A DNA stretch of 62,985 nt, the filler included, from Choristocarpus tenellus KU-1152 (lineage: Eukaryota; Protista; Phaeophyceae): NCBI GenBank assembly GCA_964200185.2. It is 12 parts of 12 records of this genome, joined end to end, with 100 filler letters (N's around TTAATTAATTAA, not from the genome) between each part and the next. Parts side by side here need not be neighbours in the genome. Positions count along the whole stretch, not along the records: positions 60,256 to 62,985 come from CAXNAD020025243.1; 11 more parts are not named here. One strand, written 5' to 3'. The stretch's first letter is position 1. Every line of letters starts with the position of its first letter. Of this stretch, positions 60,655 through 62,985 are shown piece by piece. The position numbers and the translations under genes are program-made. The notes below the pieces were generated by a model, which made no database searches, had not been told where the DNA came from, and was given only the letters and a program-made list of their open reading frames with translations.

Positions 60655-62518
60655 ATGGACTGTTACCAGAGGAAGCAACTGGAGGACTTGTTCAGGTTTA
60701 ATGTTAGCACAACACAGTACAAGGAGGAGGAGAGGCAAGACCATGATGATGAAGACAAGAATGGAGAGAAAGATGAAGATGACCACAAAGACAAAGAGAA
60801 AGAAGGTGAAGGTGAAGATGAAGATGAAGATGAAGATGAAGATGAAGATGAAGATGAAGACGGAGCCCGTGACATGATCATAACAACAGAGATGGTTTTT
60901 GAGGCAGAACCAGGAACAGCCACTGTGGATCGACCCAAACCACTGCCAAGACCCATTGTGAGTTTTCCTGTGTCATCACCCTTTGTTGTAGTTTTCATTA
61001 TCTGTAGGAATTACACCTGGACTAAGAATTGTGAGACCCTGTGAATCTTGTGAAGCTCTTGTGCACATTTGCTCTTTGAAACTTGTTAACCGGGTCATTC
61101 AGTTTTTTTTCTCCTTCTGATACAAAAATGCCTTCTTGGATTATATTGTAAGGCAGTACAGCTACCTAGGTCAATATTGTGTACTCAACTTCATATCTCT
61201 TTTATGTTTGCAAGCACTTGATAAATGCTGCAGCATTGGTGCTCTCATTCATTAAGGAATTGTGCAGCTCATCACAAGCACTCTACCTTTACAACATCGA
61301 ATAGTACCCACACTACATTTTTATTTTATCCATGTATTTTTGTTCCAGACATGGTTGTCATTTACTTGAGATATTCCCACAGACTTCATGGCCAAGCTAT
61401 AGTATGTTCCTCAAGTTTCTTTCATCATTTTTTTTTTTGTATGTGATGTACGAGCAATGCTAATATGTACATTTGGGGTGACTGGGAACAGGAGACTATC
61501 TTGGAATCAATGGAACTGCCAGGAAAGGTAAGCGTAGGCCCAGGAGATCCAGAGTATGATGTGGTGAGGAACATGTGGATGGCCCTTGCGCGGAATCCCA
61601 CCATGGATGAGGTGCGAGAACGATACACAGTCCTTTTCTTTTTTTAACTTCAGACAAATGACAGTACCTCATCATCTCCTACAACAAAAATAATATTTAC
61701 ATAAAACCCGATCGTGTGTGTAGGTATGGATGGCAGGGGCATGCAAGTTATGGAATTAATATATAAAAAAGTGTACACTGTTCAAGGTGTTAACTTCCTC
61801 TCTCCTATTTTCAGCAGTACTTGTGTTGGAGTTGGTGCTTTCTATGGAGGAAGAGTATTTCAAATGCTGTAAGTAAGCAAAAGCTATTCCATTGTCCCAA
61901 CTTGATGTCTGAACTATTTCCTAATCTCAATAGCAAGTCTGTGCATTATTTTTGGTTACAAATTACCATGAGGTTAGAGAGGTCATTGCGCATGTTTTCT
62001 CTATATGATCAAACACAACAACTATCTGTGCTTCACTCCATTGTTGATGTGAGAACTCTCTGGACACATCCCACTGTGTCATAACATATCATCTTTGTAC
62101 CTTCATGAATCATTATTACTCATCATTTTTATGTGGGCATCTATCTGTTCAAAAGAGTTGCAGAACAAGAAAGAATTCTCAGAACGGAAATAACCTGAAA
62201 TCTAGAAGATACAAGCAATTAAAGGAAGAGAGTACAAAAAAAAAACCTCCAGGCACAACAAGACTAAACTTTACTCCCAACACCTATATATGTAACCATG
62301 CACTCCTCTTTGTCACCCCACTGCTGACCCCAGGCGACCAAGCATACAATGTTAAGAAAGGCGGCTGACATGTTTGCAACATACCGTGATTCTGATGCAT
62401 TTGAGAAAGCACTGGAACTGCCAGACAACATCCAGTCTGAAGCATCAAATGAGTGGGATGAGTGGAATGGTGAATGGGAGGAGGAGGTGGAAGACGAGGA
62501 TAAGGACGAAAAATCATA
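60655..62518 (+). pseudogene. Acidic, probably decayed multi-exon gene of unknown family
   Basis: Coding-like blocks 60655-~60960, ~61465-61610 (WEQETILESMELPGK..NPTMDE|gtgcga) and terminal exon 62334-62518 (ATKHTMLRKAADMFATYRDSDAFEKALELP..*); the middle block has stops. Confidence 0.4.
60791..60860 (+). repeat. (GAAGAT)n hexamer encoding poly-ED within ORF 60655-61044
   Basis: Direct reading. Confidence 0.85.
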
Positions 62519-62985
62519 ATGAGACAAAAAAATTAATGACAACCTGTACATACAGTAAAGCAGGTTTCCGTGGGATAATGAAGTTGAATCAATCCTTGCG
62601 CTCATTATCCTCTGCAGTTCTCTTGCTTACAAGAAAGGTTAAGTTACAATAGTCAAGTATTACAAAAACGCTTCTTTTCTTAGGGCAGCTGCACTTACGA
62701 AGTGCGAATCCATGCATTGTTGGACTTGTGCTACGCAGTCCTCCTTTCATCACTTGGTTAAATCAGCAAGCTACGGTAGGTATGAAGAGTATGGGTTAAT
62801 GAAGTGTGTGGGCACCTGATGCTGCCAATGAACAAGCCTTGAGGTGTAGTCATGGTGTGGTCATCAAGAGTGCATCCCTGCGAGTACCTTATCCTAAGAG
62901 TGTTCTAGGATCCTCTCCTAAGCTTATTCAAGCGTTCTTCAAGCTCACTCATGTTGTCCCCCCCCCCACTATCTCCACCTCCACC

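Noticed and set aside
1-62985. Functional cluster linking VPS36, ANKRD13, CARMIL-like and RGS genes (endosomal/GPCR theme)
   Set aside because: They lie on separate contigs joined artificially; co-occurrence is not evidence of linkage.

Overview
This is not a continuous locus. It is 12 short eukaryotic contigs joined by 11 artificial 100-bp spacers (N44-TTAATTAATTAA-N44), so adjacency across a spacer means nothing. GT/GC-AG introns up to several kb, TTAGGG tracts, a 7TM-RGS-type gene and the gene style suggest a photosynthetic stramenopile, possibly a brown alga or relative (inference only). Host genes reconstructed by eye from splice sites and phase: a multi-exon CARMIL/LRRC16-like LRR gene (contig 2); a complete 4-exon VPS36 head-to-head with a probable 2OG-Fe(II) oxygenase-like gene, plus an ankyrin gene (contig 3); ANKRD13-like exons (contig 4); an Aha1_N-like co-chaperone (contig 6); an FGGY kinase exon (contig 11); and a disrupted 7TM-RGS gene that the ORF track shows only as unlinked fragments (contig 8). 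Mobile DNA is abundant: two related MITE families sharing a CAAAGTATCT terminal core, a third ~320-bp element, Copia remnants with half-tRNA(Met) primer sites, and an RTE LINE fragment. Several contigs carry decayed genes with no recognisable homology; the clearest is the GC-rich, short-intron gene filling contig 9. I found no rRNA, tRNA, CRISPR array or prokaryotic-type system, and nothing proves a new biological system. The best leads are the contig-9 orphan gene, the 7TM-RGS locus with a 123-bp duplication that creates a cryptic exon, and the CARMIL-like gene.
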